Source of the DNA: an uncultured Clostridium sp.
GTDB taxonomy: Bacteria > Bacillota > Clostridia > TANB77 > CAG-508
DNA length: 64,000 nucleotides
Assembly: GCA_947388675.1 (NCBI GenBank)
Contig: CANDRW010000001.1
Span: forward strand, 24,658-88,657
Direction: 5' to 3'
In this document: positions 19,543-29,433 of the stretch, piece after piece
Layout of the letters: each line of letters starts with the position of its first letter
Numbering within the stretch: position 1 is the first letter of the stretch
Notes under the pieces: generated by a model
Told to the model about the DNA's origin: nothing
The model's input: the letters and a program-made list of their open reading frames with translations, nothing else
Database searches by the model: none
Made by a program: the position numbers and the translations under genes

Positions 19543-20208
19543 TTAATTCGTGCTTTCTGACTCCTCAACATTACTTACTACTTCGTAGGAGCAGGGAAAT
19601 ACGAATGCCTCTTGTTCTTCCACAGACAGTTCCTCAAAAGGAATAGTATCGTGAACAAGATAGGTTCCGTCATCCCTTTCTTCTTTTTTCTCTCTTAAAT
19701 CTTTGGCAACTTTTCCATCTTTATTCAGGAAAAGCATATATTGATTAGAGAGTGCAAGAAAATGTTCACCTTTGCTTATTAGATAATCTGCAATCAAAGG
19801 TCCCTGTGTTTCTCCATAGTCCTCACCAATTACATAACCTCTATCTCCATCACTCCATAAAATGGTGAAGACAGCTACGTTAGTCCCCTCGAACCGATAC
19901 ACACCATATCTGTCACCAAATCCCGGCTTGTTATAATGGCCTCCTTCTAACCCTGTTGTGATAAACTCAAAGTTTACCGTTTGCTGTTCGGGCTCCTGCG
20001 TAAGGTTTGGCGAAACATCGGAAGGTTCTTCCGGCAGCATACCAATCAATTGCTCCTTTAATGTCTGCTCCTGCTGAGTGTCAGTTTCTGTCACAATGTC
20101 CGTCTCTGGTGTTGGTCTCATGCTGGCATTTGTGGCGTCACCACCACAGCCCGTCATGAACATCACCATCGATACAACCAAAAGTAGAATACCAATGCCC
20201 TTTTTCAT
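19543..20208 (-). CDS. lipoprotein of unknown function (GC-rich, likely horizontally acquired)
   Basis: [23 protein letters not shown] lipobox. About 45% GC against a ~28% background. Contains an in-frame CGG (YRFEG). Confidence 0.6.
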   Translation of the reverse strand: MKKGIGILLLVVSMVMFMTGCGGDATNASMRPTPETDIVTETDTQQEQTLKEQLIGMLPEEPSDVSPNLTQEPEQQTVNFEFITTGLEGGHYNKPGFGDRYGVYRFEGTNVAVFTILWSDGDRGYVIGEDYGETQGPLIADYLISKGEHFLALSNQYMLFLNKDGKVAKDLREKKEERDDGTYLVHDTIPFEELSVEEQEAFVFPCSYEVVSNVEESESTN

Positions 20209-20357
20209 AATGCAATTCTCCAATCTATTTTAGTTTTTTGGGCATTTGCCCTATGAGTATATTATAGCATAATTGGTAGCATAAAGCAAACAAAGAGAAA
20301 AAGGATAGGTAATACCCATCCTTTTTCTCCCCAAAGCCAATCCCGTTAGCTTTGGCT

Positions 20358-21119
20358 TTAGATGAACTCTTTGTAGTCCCCTCGGTGAAATTTGAGGAAG
20401 AAGCGTTGCAACAGCAGTATGGTAATCTCAGCGAGGTCAAACCCGAAGAAGGGTTTTCTTCCTTCCAAGTAATCTTCCAACTCTTGCTCCACATCTTCTA
20501 ACGAATACCAACTGTCGCGGATATACTCATTCTCATCAAGGTGTTGCTCGGTCTTGTTCTCTACTTTTGCAATAAAAGTCTTTAATGTTTCAGTAGAGCA
20601 AGAAACATGCAGGTGCACGTGTGGTTGTACCAGAGGTTGTATTTTTTGTACTTCATAGCCAATCTCCTCTTGCACTTCACGGCAGGCACTTTCTTCCATG
20701 GTTTCGTCCTTTTCTACCAGACCGGCAGGCAACCCCCAAAAGAAACGAGCATATTGCTTTCCGTCTACAGTAGCAAATCTTGCTCCTCTTGGTTCTAAAA
20801 CCATGCACATCTCGGTTTTGCCTGTACTCTGATTTTTGCGGAGGCATAGAATTTGGACCGCAGGCTGAGAAAGAATCAAATTGAAGGTGAATTCACGAGG
20901 TACTCCATCTCTTTCGCCAAGCACGGTATGCTCAGCTACATTGAATCTTCTCAGTTCTTGAAGAATCTTTTGGCTGACTACTGGCTGCCCATATCTCCGA
21001 TAATAGTCCCAACTGGACTCTGGCGGAAAATATGGCTGTTGTCTCTTTTCCTCTTTGCTTTCGCTTGCCCCATAATCAATGTAGGGGAACATTGTAAGTT
21101 CTTTCTTTTTGTCATTCAT
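20358..21119 (-). CDS. NUDIX hydrolase with N-terminal extension (GC-rich, likely horizontally acquired)
   Basis: 253 aa. Nudix box GLPAGLVEKDETMEESACREVQEEIGY. GC-rich. Contains an in-frame CGG (YYRRYG). Confidence 0.6.
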   Translation of the reverse strand: MNDKKKELTMFPYIDYGASESKEEKRQQPYFPPESSWDYYRRYGQPVVSQKILQELRRFNVAEHTVLGERDGVPREFTFNLILSQPAVQILCLRKNQSTGKTEMCMVLEPRGARFATVDGKQYARFFWGLPAGLVEKDETMEESACREVQEEIGYEVQKIQPLVQPHVHLHVSCSTETLKTFIAKVENKTEQHLDENEYIRDSWYSLEDVEQELEDYLEGRKPFFGFDLAEITILLLQRFFLKFHRGDYKEFI

Positions 21120-21395
21120 TTAAAGTATTCCTCCCAATTTAATCAAAATTCGGACTATTCTACTTACGTTAAATACTTATATTATACCATTTTGGGCACA
21201 ATTTTTCAACTTTTGCTTGTCTTTTCTCCTCATCTAGTGATAAAATATTGATTAAACTGAATTTAAGATTTTCTACGCAATGAAATTGCTAGAAAATCTA
21301 ATATTCGCCATAATTAATTTCTACGTCAAGTGCACTCTTGCGAGATGCACTTTCCTAGAACTTAAAAAATTGTAAATGAAGGGAATGATAATGAT

Positions 21396-22613
21396 ATGGC
21401 AAAAGAAAACGTATTTGATACTTTAATGGAAAGAGGTTATATTGAACAAGTAACTCATGAGGAATTAAAAGATGTACTAGGAAAAGAGAGTGTTCCTTTT
21501 TATATTGGTTTTGACCCTACTGCTGATAGCTTACATATTGGTCACTTTATTTCTTTAATGGTTGCATCTCAAATGCAAAAAGCAGGTCACAAACCTATTA
21601 TTCTACTTGGTGGTGGTACTGCCACTATTGGTGACCCATCTGGAAAAACTGACATGAGAAGAATGATGACACGTGAAGAAATTAATCATAATGCAGAATG
21701 CTTTAAAAAACAAATGGCTAAATTTTTAAGTTTTGAAGGCGAAAATGCTGCTGTTATTGTAAATAATGGTGATTGGCTTTTAAACTTAAACTTTGTAGAA
21801 TTTATGCGTGATATTGGTTCTCTATTTTCTGTAAATAAAATGCTTTCTGCAGAATGTTATAAACAAAGAATGGAACGTGGCCTTACTTTCTTTGAATTAG
21901 GATATATGTTAATGCAATCTTATGACTTTTTACATTTATATGAAACTTATGGATGTAAATTACAATTAGGTGGAAATGACCAATGGTCTAATATTTTAGG
22001 TGGTGTTGACTTAATTCGTAGAGTTGGACATTCTGATTCTTTTGGTTTAACTTTTAAATTATTAACCACTAAAGAAGGCAAAAAAATGGGTAAAACAGAA
22101 AAAGGTGCTTTATGGCTTGACCCAGAAAAAACTTCCCCATATGAATTCTACCAATACTGGAGAAATATTGATGATGCAGATGTAAAAACTGTTTTATCAT
22201 TAATCACTTTCCTACCAATGGAACAAATTAACGAACTATGTGCATATCAAGATGAAAGAATGAATGAAGCTAAAAAAGTGGCAGCTTTTGAAATTACAAA
22301 ACTAATTCATGGTGAAGAAGAAGCTAAAAAAGCTGAAGAAGCAGCTCAAGCTTTATTTGAAGGAAATGGTAGCTTAGATAATATGCCTACTTCTAAAATA
22401 GAAAGCCTACCAATCTCTATCTTAGATGCTATGATACAAATTGGTTTTGCTCCTTCTAAAGGACAAGCTAGAACTTTAATTGAGCAAGGTGGTATTTCTT
22501 TAAATGATGAAAAAGTACTTGAGACTACTTACCAATTATCTGAAAATGATTTTAAAGAAGGATATGCTATTTTGAAAAAGGGTAAAAAAGTATTTCATAA
22601 ATTGGAAAAATAA
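21396..22613 (+). CDS. tyrS: tyrosine--tRNA ligase
   Basis: 405 aa. HIGH motif (SLHIGH), KMGKT (KMSKS-type), C-terminal S4 domain. Confidence 0.95.
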   Translation: MAKENVFDTLMERGYIEQVTHEELKDVLGKESVPFYIGFDPTADSLHIGHFISLMVASQMQKAGHKPIILLGGGTATIGDPSGKTDMRRMMTREEINHNAECFKKQMAKFLSFEGENAAVIVNNGDWLLNLNFVEFMRDIGSLFSVNKMLSAECYKQRMERGLTFFELGYMLMQSYDFLHLYETYGCKLQLGGNDQWSNILGGVDLIRRVGHSDSFGLTFKLLTTKEGKKMGKTEKGALWLDPEKTSPYEFYQYWRNIDDADVKTVLSLITFLPMEQINELCAYQDERMNEAKKVAAFEITKLIHGEEEAKKAEEAAQALFEGNGSLDNMPTSKIESLPISILDAMIQIGFAPSKGQARTLIEQGGISLNDEKVLETTYQLSENDFKEGYAILKKGKKVFHKLEK

Positions 22614-22652
22614 AGATACAAATATAAGTACAAATGAAAGGATATAGATACT

Positions 22653-23780
22653 ATGATAAAAAATCAACTCGTGCCTATTTCTCTAAAAAAACATAATGGT
22701 ATTATTAGTTTTTGGAAGTTTTGTTTTTGTATAATGGTTGTTCTTTTTCATAGTCAGCTTTTAGCAACAAATGAAGAATCCACTTTGTTTAGTCAAGGTG
22801 CTATAGCAGTTGAATTTTTCTTTTTAGTCTCTGGCTTTTTATTAGCTAAGACAACCTTACGAAAAAATGAACAAAAAATGGGGACAGAAAATTTAGGAAA
22901 AGAAACTTTCCACTTTATTTGGAAAAAATACCTTTTCTTTCTTCCCTATATGTTATTTGGTGGATTTCTTGGACTACTATTACAGAATATCTATAATGAT
23001 GTTGGAACTTATCAGAATATTTCCTCTATTTGGGATATCTTATTACTACATATGACTGGTTTAAATGGAAATGTAGTAATTGGACAAGCTTGGTATATAT
23101 CAGCAATGCTTTTATCTATGATGATATTATATCCTCTTCTTAGGAAATATCAGCAAAACTTTATTTACTTGGTAGCTCCTTTAATTGTACTTTTAGGTTT
23201 TGGCTGGTTAAGTAGAAATTACTCTAATTTAAGGGGACCTGATATCTGGGTAACTTTCACTTTTAAAGGTGTTATACGAGCCTTTAGTGAACTAACTTTA
23301 GGATGTATTTTATATGTAATCTGTCAAAAACTAAAAAAAGTTAATTTTACTACATTGGGAAGAATTATAATTACTATTATCGAAATTACTGGCTTTATAT
23401 TTCCTTTTTTAATTGCGCAATTCGCATCTACTAGTAAGTATGATTTTATCTTGGTTCCAATTATAGCAATCTCTGTTCTCTTAGCTTTTAGTGAAAAAAC
23501 ATTAGAACTTAACTGTTTTAGCAATAAATTCTTCTTTTTGTTAGAAAAGTTGAGTTTACCATTATACATATGTCATATTGTAGTAAGAGATTTTATGCTA
23601 GAATTTTCCCCACTTTCTTCGCTATCTTATTACAGTAAAATTCCAATCTACCTGCTTCTTTGTTTTGCTCTCTCATTAATTTGTATGTATTTAATTGTAT
23701 TTTTACAAAAATTACATTTAGTAAAACGCTTCAAAAAACTAATCATTAAAGACACTAATCCAGTAATAGAAAAAGATTAA
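22653..23780 (+). CDS. acyltransferase family 3 (OafA-like) membrane O-acyltransferase
   Basis: 375 aa. About 10 TM segments and a conserved N-terminal His (FHSQ), typical of Acyl_transf_3. Adjacent to the teichoic-acid locus. Confidence 0.65.
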   Translation: MIKNQLVPISLKKHNGIISFWKFCFCIMVVLFHSQLLATNEESTLFSQGAIAVEFFFLVSGFLLAKTTLRKNEQKMGTENLGKETFHFIWKKYLFFLPYMLFGGFLGLLLQNIYNDVGTYQNISSIWDILLLHMTGLNGNVVIGQAWYISAMLLSMMILYPLLRKYQQNFIYLVAPLIVLLGFGWLSRNYSNLRGPDIWVTFTFKGVIRAFSELTLGCILYVICQKLKKVNFTTLGRIIITIIEITGFIFPFLIAQFASTSKYDFILVPIIAISVLLAFSEKTLELNCFSNKFFFLLEKLSLPLYICHIVVRDFMLEFSPLSSLSYYSKIPIYLLLCFALSLICMYLIVFLQKLHLVKRFKKLIIKDTNPVIEKD

Positions 23781-23799
23781 ATATTATTAATTTAATCAA

Positions 23800-23925
23800 A
23801 AAAATAACATCTTAATGTAATAAGTTTTCGCAATTTTCAAGGTACCGAGTTGTCTGTCTCCTTTGAATCTTCTGACTACCTCGGGCATTTGAAAATAAGA
23901 AAAATTATTGTATTAAGATGTTTTT
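23800..23925. terminator. long bidirectional hairpin between convergent genes
   Basis: 18-bp stem AACATCTTAATGTAATAA / TTATTGTATTAAGATGTT (two G-U pairs) enclosing a GC-richer ~80-nt loop. A-run on the left, T-run on the right. Confidence 0.5.
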
Positions 23926-23949
23926 ATATTCTAGTAAATATTCAATTCC

Positions 23950-26673
23950 TTATTTTACTCGTCTCCTTTCTAAAACAGCAACTATAATAAATGCTACCAT
24001 TCCTATAACTGTAAAAACTATTCCTACTTTCAAATATGGCACTTCATATTCTAAATAGATTTCATGCTCACCTGCTTTTACTGGAATTCCTATAAATGCT
24101 GTATTCACATGAATTGTTTCTACTGCCACTCCATCTATATATGCTTTCCAGCCAGTAGTATAGCTTGATGCTATTTGTAAAATAGCATCTTGACTTAAGT
24201 CAAGCTTTCCTCTAATTTCTCGATTATTATATGTTACTTCTTTCAATTCATTTTGTTGTAACTCTCGAATTGTATTTTCATAATTATTCATAGGAACTGC
24301 AATTACTTGTATATCGTCAAAATTATAAGTTCCTTTTGTACTAAAAGTTAATTCTATTTTTCCTTCTGCTTTTTCATAATACCCAAGGTTTAATACTATT
24401 TGTGGTGCTTTTTGGTAATAAGCTGAAGTAATTTTATCCTCAATCACCTTACTTGCTACTCTATTTTTAAATCTAGCCATTATAGTATGATTTTTAGTTT
24501 CTTGAAAATCAAAACCTGAAATATAAACATACAATTCAGAATTTTGTATATTCTCTATCTCTAGTTCAATACTTTGTTCTTCCTTTTTTGTAACAATTTG
24601 TTTTCTATTTTCTCTTCTCTTTATAATTTTATCTTTTTCTATCAGTTGATAAGGAATACTTTGATAGCAGTTTTGAATATCACTAATGTCTTGTTTTTCT
24701 TGCAAACTAATCCCTTTTAAATCTTCTATCTTATCAATAACAGCTACCTTTAATAGTGCGTCTTCTTTTTCAATTGGATTTAATTTTTCGTACTCTTCTC
24801 TTAACATATATTGATTATAGGAAACTCCAATAGAAAGTGGATAATTATTTTGATAAGTTTTTACTCCATTTATCTCTTTTGCTAAAGAATATCCATAAGG
24901 AACATACTTTTGATTTTTCTCATCCACTATATAGTATTTATTTCCCAATAATGTAGTTATTTTAGTCCTATCTCCTAAACCTGCAACATTTCTTGTAACA
25001 GAATAACTATTATCTGCTAATTCCCTACTTAAATCATATACATATTTATTTCCCAGTGATAAATAGCCCTCTGTTGATAGATAATTGTAATATATAGAAT
25101 AGTTTGCTAGTTGATGTGGCACTTTTGAAATACGATAAAATCCCTTATCTTCTTCTACAATTTCTCTAATATTTCTTGAATAGTCTTTATTCCCGCCTAA
25201 TTGTGTATTTATTTGTTCTTCTACTTTTCCTATATTCGCAAATTTCTTTGCATATCCTCTATCATAAGAAGTATAAAGTCCATATGCCATAATTCCAATA
25301 TTACTAACTATTAACATTAATATGATAGTCTTATATTTATTTATTTTTATTTTAGGTAAAAGTGTAATCCCATTTGTATTTTGGTAAATGGTAACTGCAA
25401 ACATAAAAAATGCAATTATTATCTGAACCATATAAAGTACTGTTTTCGATTTTGAATTATCTAATAAAACAGTTATTATCATTCCCATTATGCTATATAG
25501 AATGAGAAAACTCCCCATATATTTCAGTTCTTTTGAAGTATATTTATTTTGCAAACACAGAGTAACAATATATGCCAAAATAAAACTATATACAAAAGAC
25601 CATCTATTATTAGGAAATGAAAAACCATTCATTAAAGAACCAATAAAAGGTATCAACAGCATAATTGTTGTAACTATAAAATAAACTAAATAAGTTTTAT
25701 TCTCTTTTCTCTTTAACCACAAAATCGGTAACATTAATAAAATAATAGAAGATACACCTATTATACTCCAATTGTTTGGATTTGTAGTTAATAAATTAAT
25801 AGTGAATATATTTTGATAATATCTTCCACTATATTGGCATATTGTTTCTTCATCACTCCTTGCTGAATTGATAAAGGAATGGATTGTAGGCATTAATATA
25901 ATACCTGCAATTAAAATACCTATTATATAGCATAAAATAGCTGACCCTAATTTCTGAAAGAAGTGTTTTGCTCCTTCTTTTCTATATTCGCAAATATATT
26001 GAATAATTGCATAAATTACTATCATAATTGTATGCATATAGAAAAAGTAATAATTAGATATAGCTGATAATGCAATAAAAATAATAAATGGCACTTTTTT
26101 ATTTTCTCTAAAAAGTTTATCTACTCCTAATAAAAGTAATGGAAATAAAATCATAGCATTTAAAAAGTATGGGTGTCTTACTGCAGTATATAAACTATAT
26201 GCTGAAAAAGTATAAATTAAAGCCCCTATCAAAATATTATATGGTTTTGCTTCCTCATTTCCAACTTTTTTAGCATGATATTGGCTATAAACAATAAAAG
26301 CAAGTCCTATGCAAAATAGCCTTAGAATAATTAAAAAATTATAAGCTATTTCTAAATGTTGCATAGGAAATAGTAAACTAATATAAGCAAATGGATCTCC
26401 TAATACATAGTAGGAATATTGTCCTATGACATCTAGTCCTAAGCCCATATTCCACGAAAAGAGTTCAAATCCCTCACTTGGATTTGACAAGAAATTTCTC
26501 ACTTTTTCATTAAAATCTTTTAAAATAATATAATGTTGCCTTATTCCATCACCTTTCCATATAAAACTACGTTTACTAATAATAAAAGTGGAAAACACAA
26601 TACATGCTATTAATATAAAAAGAAGAGCATATATCCAATATATTTTTGTCTTACTATTAAATATTTTGTGCAT
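23950..26673 (-). CDS. YfhO-family polytopic membrane glycosyltransferase (GT-C-like)
   Basis: 907 aa. More than 12 TM helices in the N-terminal two thirds, a large extracytoplasmic C-terminal domain, and a terminal TM. Size and topology match YfhO-family enzymes that glycosylate teichoic acids. Confidence 0.55.
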   Translation of the reverse strand: MHKIFNSKTKIYWIYALLFILIACIVFSTFIISKRSFIWKGDGIRQHYIILKDFNEKVRNFLSNPSEGFELFSWNMGLGLDVIGQYSYYVLGDPFAYISLLFPMQHLEIAYNFLIILRLFCIGLAFIVYSQYHAKKVGNEEAKPYNILIGALIYTFSAYSLYTAVRHPYFLNAMILFPLLLLGVDKLFRENKKVPFIIFIALSAISNYYFFYMHTIMIVIYAIIQYICEYRKEGAKHFFQKLGSAILCYIIGILIAGIILMPTIHSFINSARSDEETICQYSGRYYQNIFTINLLTTNPNNWSIIGVSSIILLMLPILWLKRKENKTYLVYFIVTTIMLLIPFIGSLMNGFSFPNNRWSFVYSFILAYIVTLCLQNKYTSKELKYMGSFLILYSIMGMIITVLLDNSKSKTVLYMVQIIIAFFMFAVTIYQNTNGITLLPKIKINKYKTIILMLIVSNIGIMAYGLYTSYDRGYAKKFANIGKVEEQINTQLGGNKDYSRNIREIVEEDKGFYRISKVPHQLANYSIYYNYLSTEGYLSLGNKYVYDLSRELADNSYSVTRNVAGLGDRTKITTLLGNKYYIVDEKNQKYVPYGYSLAKEINGVKTYQNNYPLSIGVSYNQYMLREEYEKLNPIEKEDALLKVAVIDKIEDLKGISLQEKQDISDIQNCYQSIPYQLIEKDKIIKRRENRKQIVTKKEEQSIELEIENIQNSELYVYISGFDFQETKNHTIMARFKNRVASKVIEDKITSAYYQKAPQIVLNLGYYEKAEGKIELTFSTKGTYNFDDIQVIAVPMNNYENTIRELQQNELKEVTYNNREIRGKLDLSQDAILQIASSYTTGWKAYIDGVAVETIHVNTAFIGIPVKAGEHEIYLEYEVPYLKVGIVFTVIGMVAFIIVAVLERRRVK

Positions 26674-26682
26674 ACTTACCTC

Positions 26683-27804
26683 CTAAATAATATCAAATAT
26701 AAACTCTACTATTTTATCTGTTGTGTTTTCTATATTCTCTATATATTTTTCTCTAAAGTCTTGCAATTCTTTTTTATCATATTCTTCTTCTTCTATCGCA
26801 TTTATAATTGGCTCTATTGTTTTACTTACTATTCCTGGTAGTTCTTTTTCATAATTAATTGTCAAACCTCTTGTGTTTAAATACTTTTGTAAATCAAAAG
26901 CATAAAAGTATAATGGAATTTCTAAAATAGCAGCTTCATAAATAATACAACTATAATCACTTATTACATAATCAGCTACCATTAACATATCCATAGAAGA
27001 AAACTCTTTATCATTGATAATGTTACTTTCTGTTATTTCTACTTTGCTTAATGGATGCAATTTTAGAATAAGATTATATCTATCTTTATCCACTCTTTCT
27101 ATTATTTCTTTTAGCTTGCTATTAAAATCTTTCTCATTTTTTCGGAAAGTTGGACAATACACAATATTCTTCTTTAGTTTTATCTCTGGATATTTTTCTT
27201 CTATCTTTTTTCTTGTTTCTTCTTTATATGTTTTACTTGTTAATAAATCCACTCTAGGCAACGAAAAAATCCTTATTTTATCCATTCCACAGTTGAATCC
27301 TTCTTCTAATAAGCTAGCATAAGCTTTTCCACTTGCAAAAACATAAGTATAATTTTTATGCATTTTCATAGAATTCGCTATTTTACTAGTAGAACCTTCT
27401 TCTTTATCTAAAATTTGATAACCAAATTTTTTCATCGTTCCCATAGAATGCCACATTTGAATTACTTTCAAACTCTTTTTATGCTTTAATACACTAATTA
27501 AAATACAATAAGAATCTAAGACTATAACTTTAGAAGTAGCAATATGATACATTTGGTGAACACAGTGAAGAGCATAGCTTACTTTATTTTGTAGCTTCGC
27601 TTTTGCTCCTCCTTTTAGTTCTTTGCACAATATCACTACCTTATAGTCTGGTTCCTTTGCTATTATTTTCTTTTCTAGCAACATGAAATCTACTGTTTTT
27701 TTATTTGACTGTCTACTAATCATGGTAATCTTCTTTTTAGTTGGCAACAGCTTAAAAAAACAGTAAATCAAATTGGCTCCAAATATGAATATCTTTTTTA
27801 TCAT
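26683..27804 (-). CDS. CDP-glycerol glycerophosphotransferase (TagB/TagF family)
   Basis: 373 aa. C-terminal motif ISDYSCIIYEAAILEIPLYFYAFDLQKY typical of Glyphos_transf. Confidence 0.7.
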   Translation of the reverse strand: MIKKIFIFGANLIYCFFKLLPTKKKITMISRQSNKKTVDFMLLEKKIIAKEPDYKVVILCKELKGGAKAKLQNKVSYALHCVHQMYHIATSKVIVLDSYCILISVLKHKKSLKVIQMWHSMGTMKKFGYQILDKEEGSTSKIANSMKMHKNYTYVFASGKAYASLLEEGFNCGMDKIRIFSLPRVDLLTSKTYKEETRKKIEEKYPEIKLKKNIVYCPTFRKNEKDFNSKLKEIIERVDKDRYNLILKLHPLSKVEITESNIINDKEFSSMDMLMVADYVISDYSCIIYEAAILEIPLYFYAFDLQKYLNTRGLTINYEKELPGIVSKTIEPIINAIEEEEYDKKELQDFREKYIENIENTTDKIVEFIFDII

Positions 27805-29402
27805 TCTTTTCCCTTTAAAATAATATTATCAATAATTAAATCAGAAGCCATTTTATACTTATCGACTTCTCTATTTTGTTTTTCTTCCATAGGTAAATTC
27901 TCTAGTTGTTCTAATAATTCTTCTAAAGTACAGCACACAGTTGCAAACTCATACTCCTTCACATTTTTATGTACTCTATTAATTAGTTGGTAATCATCTA
28001 AATCAAAAGTATATAATAAAATTGGTTTATTTAACTTGCTATACTCATAAACACTAGAAGAATAATCTGTAATTAGCACATTTGCTATATAATATAAATC
28101 ATTAATATCTGTATAATCACTAAAATCTTGAATATGATCAGCATATTCTTTTGGAATTTCTACTTTCTCTTGAATAAATGGATGCATTTTTATCATGAAA
28201 ACTGCATTTTTTTGTTTACATACTTCATAAATCTTAGCAAAATCTAATTTATCATAAGGATAATATGCCTTTGCTTGTCTTCTACCTCTAAAGGTAGGAG
28301 CAAATAAAATCACTTTTCTTCCCTTTAAATTTGGAAATTGTTTATATAAATTGTCTTTGATTTTTTCTATATTTTCTTTGTCAAAAAAGTGATCCATTCT
28401 AGCAAGCCCATATGGTAATATTTTATCTTTTGTAATTCCAAATACTTCTTCATATACAGGAATTAATGCTTCTTCACCAACAATAGCATAATCATATTTT
28501 CTATGACTACTTTGATATGGTTCTGGACCTCCAAAACCAAACCTCGCATATCCAACTGATTTAAATCCTACACCTGCATGCCATACCTGAATTAACTTTG
28601 TCTTTGGACTAATATCAATATATTTAAATATTGGAGAATAATCATCTACAAATATAAAGCCTTGCTTTGACATTACCCAAATGAGTTTAAACCATTTAAA
28701 CATAATATGCATTTTGCCTTCTTGTAATGTAGTTGAAAAGGAATAGCTTATTTTATATTCCTTGTCTATTCCTCTCTCTTTTAATCTTTGGTCTAATGCT
28801 AACAAATTGCCACTCATAGGGGTTCTTGTTTCTGACATCAACAAAATCTTTTTACTTTTATTTTGATGTAAAAAGCTAAAGAATTTGTATAAAATATTCA
28901 TAGTATTTGCCATAAAATTGAAGCTAGTATCTTTTACAATACTTTTTGCACTTTGGTTAGAAAAACAATACATTCTAGGCTTCTTGTTCAATTTCATATA
29001 TCTAGATATTAATACGCAACCTATTTGTTCGTTCTTTAGTTTTTCTACATCAAAGTTAATAGTATATGCATAGATCTCTCTATAATACCTATATACCTTG
29101 CTTAAATTTTCTAGTTGATAGGCAAGCGAGTAATCAATTGTTAAATCTTCATAATCTTCTCCTCTTTTTATTTTAAATCGATACTCTTGATTTTCTAACA
29201 TTTTTCCTGCTATATTGGTTATGTTGATTTTAGCCTGATATTGATACTGTGTTTCTGTTTTCTCTAGAGGTATACTATACTGCTCTTGAGTTGAAACTAG
29301 ATAAATTTGTTGTATTTCTTCATATATCTTAAAAGTAATGTTTAAAAATATTCTTTCCCAATAAATGTCTTTTATACAATTATTCTTTGCTTGGTTTTCC
29401 AT
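27801..29402 (-). CDS. CDP-glycerol/ribitol phosphotransferase (TagF/TarL family)
   Basis: 533 aa. ITDYSSSVYEYSKLNKPILLYTFDLDDY motif. Confidence 0.7.
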   Translation of the reverse strand: MENQAKNNCIKDIYWERIFLNITFKIYEEIQQIYLVSTQEQYSIPLEKTETQYQYQAKINITNIAGKMLENQEYRFKIKRGEDYEDLTIDYSLAYQLENLSKVYRYYREIYAYTINFDVEKLKNEQIGCVLISRYMKLNKKPRMYCFSNQSAKSIVKDTSFNFMANTMNILYKFFSFLHQNKSKKILLMSETRTPMSGNLLALDQRLKERGIDKEYKISYSFSTTLQEGKMHIMFKWFKLIWVMSKQGFIFVDDYSPIFKYIDISPKTKLIQVWHAGVGFKSVGYARFGFGGPEPYQSSHRKYDYAIVGEEALIPVYEEVFGITKDKILPYGLARMDHFFDKENIEKIKDNLYKQFPNLKGRKVILFAPTFRGRRQAKAYYPYDKLDFAKIYEVCKQKNAVFMIKMHPFIQEKVEIPKEYADHIQDFSDYTDINDLYYIANVLITDYSSSVYEYSKLNKPILLYTFDLDDYQLINRVHKNVKEYEFATVCCTLEELLEQLENLPMEEKQNREVDKYKMASDLIIDNIILKGKE

Positions 29403-29433
29403 TATTGCTCCTTTTTATTTCTATGTGTCAGCC

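Noticed and set aside
20225-20494. 89-aa ORF overlapping the NUDIX gene, and the many 60-160-aa plus-strand ORFs inside minus-strand genes (e.g. 1046..1234, 17853..18224, 41587..41967, 47167..47643)
   Set aside because: They lie antisense to, or overlap, well-supported conserved genes. They have low-complexity composition typical of AT-rich antisense frames and no RBS.
21120-21395. T-box leader upstream of tyrS
   Set aside because: No AGGGTGGNACCGCG T-box sequence or specifier/antiterminator arrangement was found in the 275-nt upstream region. Only a small hairpin is present (21329-21354).
23800-23925. Small RNA gene between acyltransferase and yfhO
   Set aside because: The structure is a single long hairpin flanked by an A-run and a T-run between convergent genes. 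That fits a bidirectional intrinsic terminator better than a novel sRNA.
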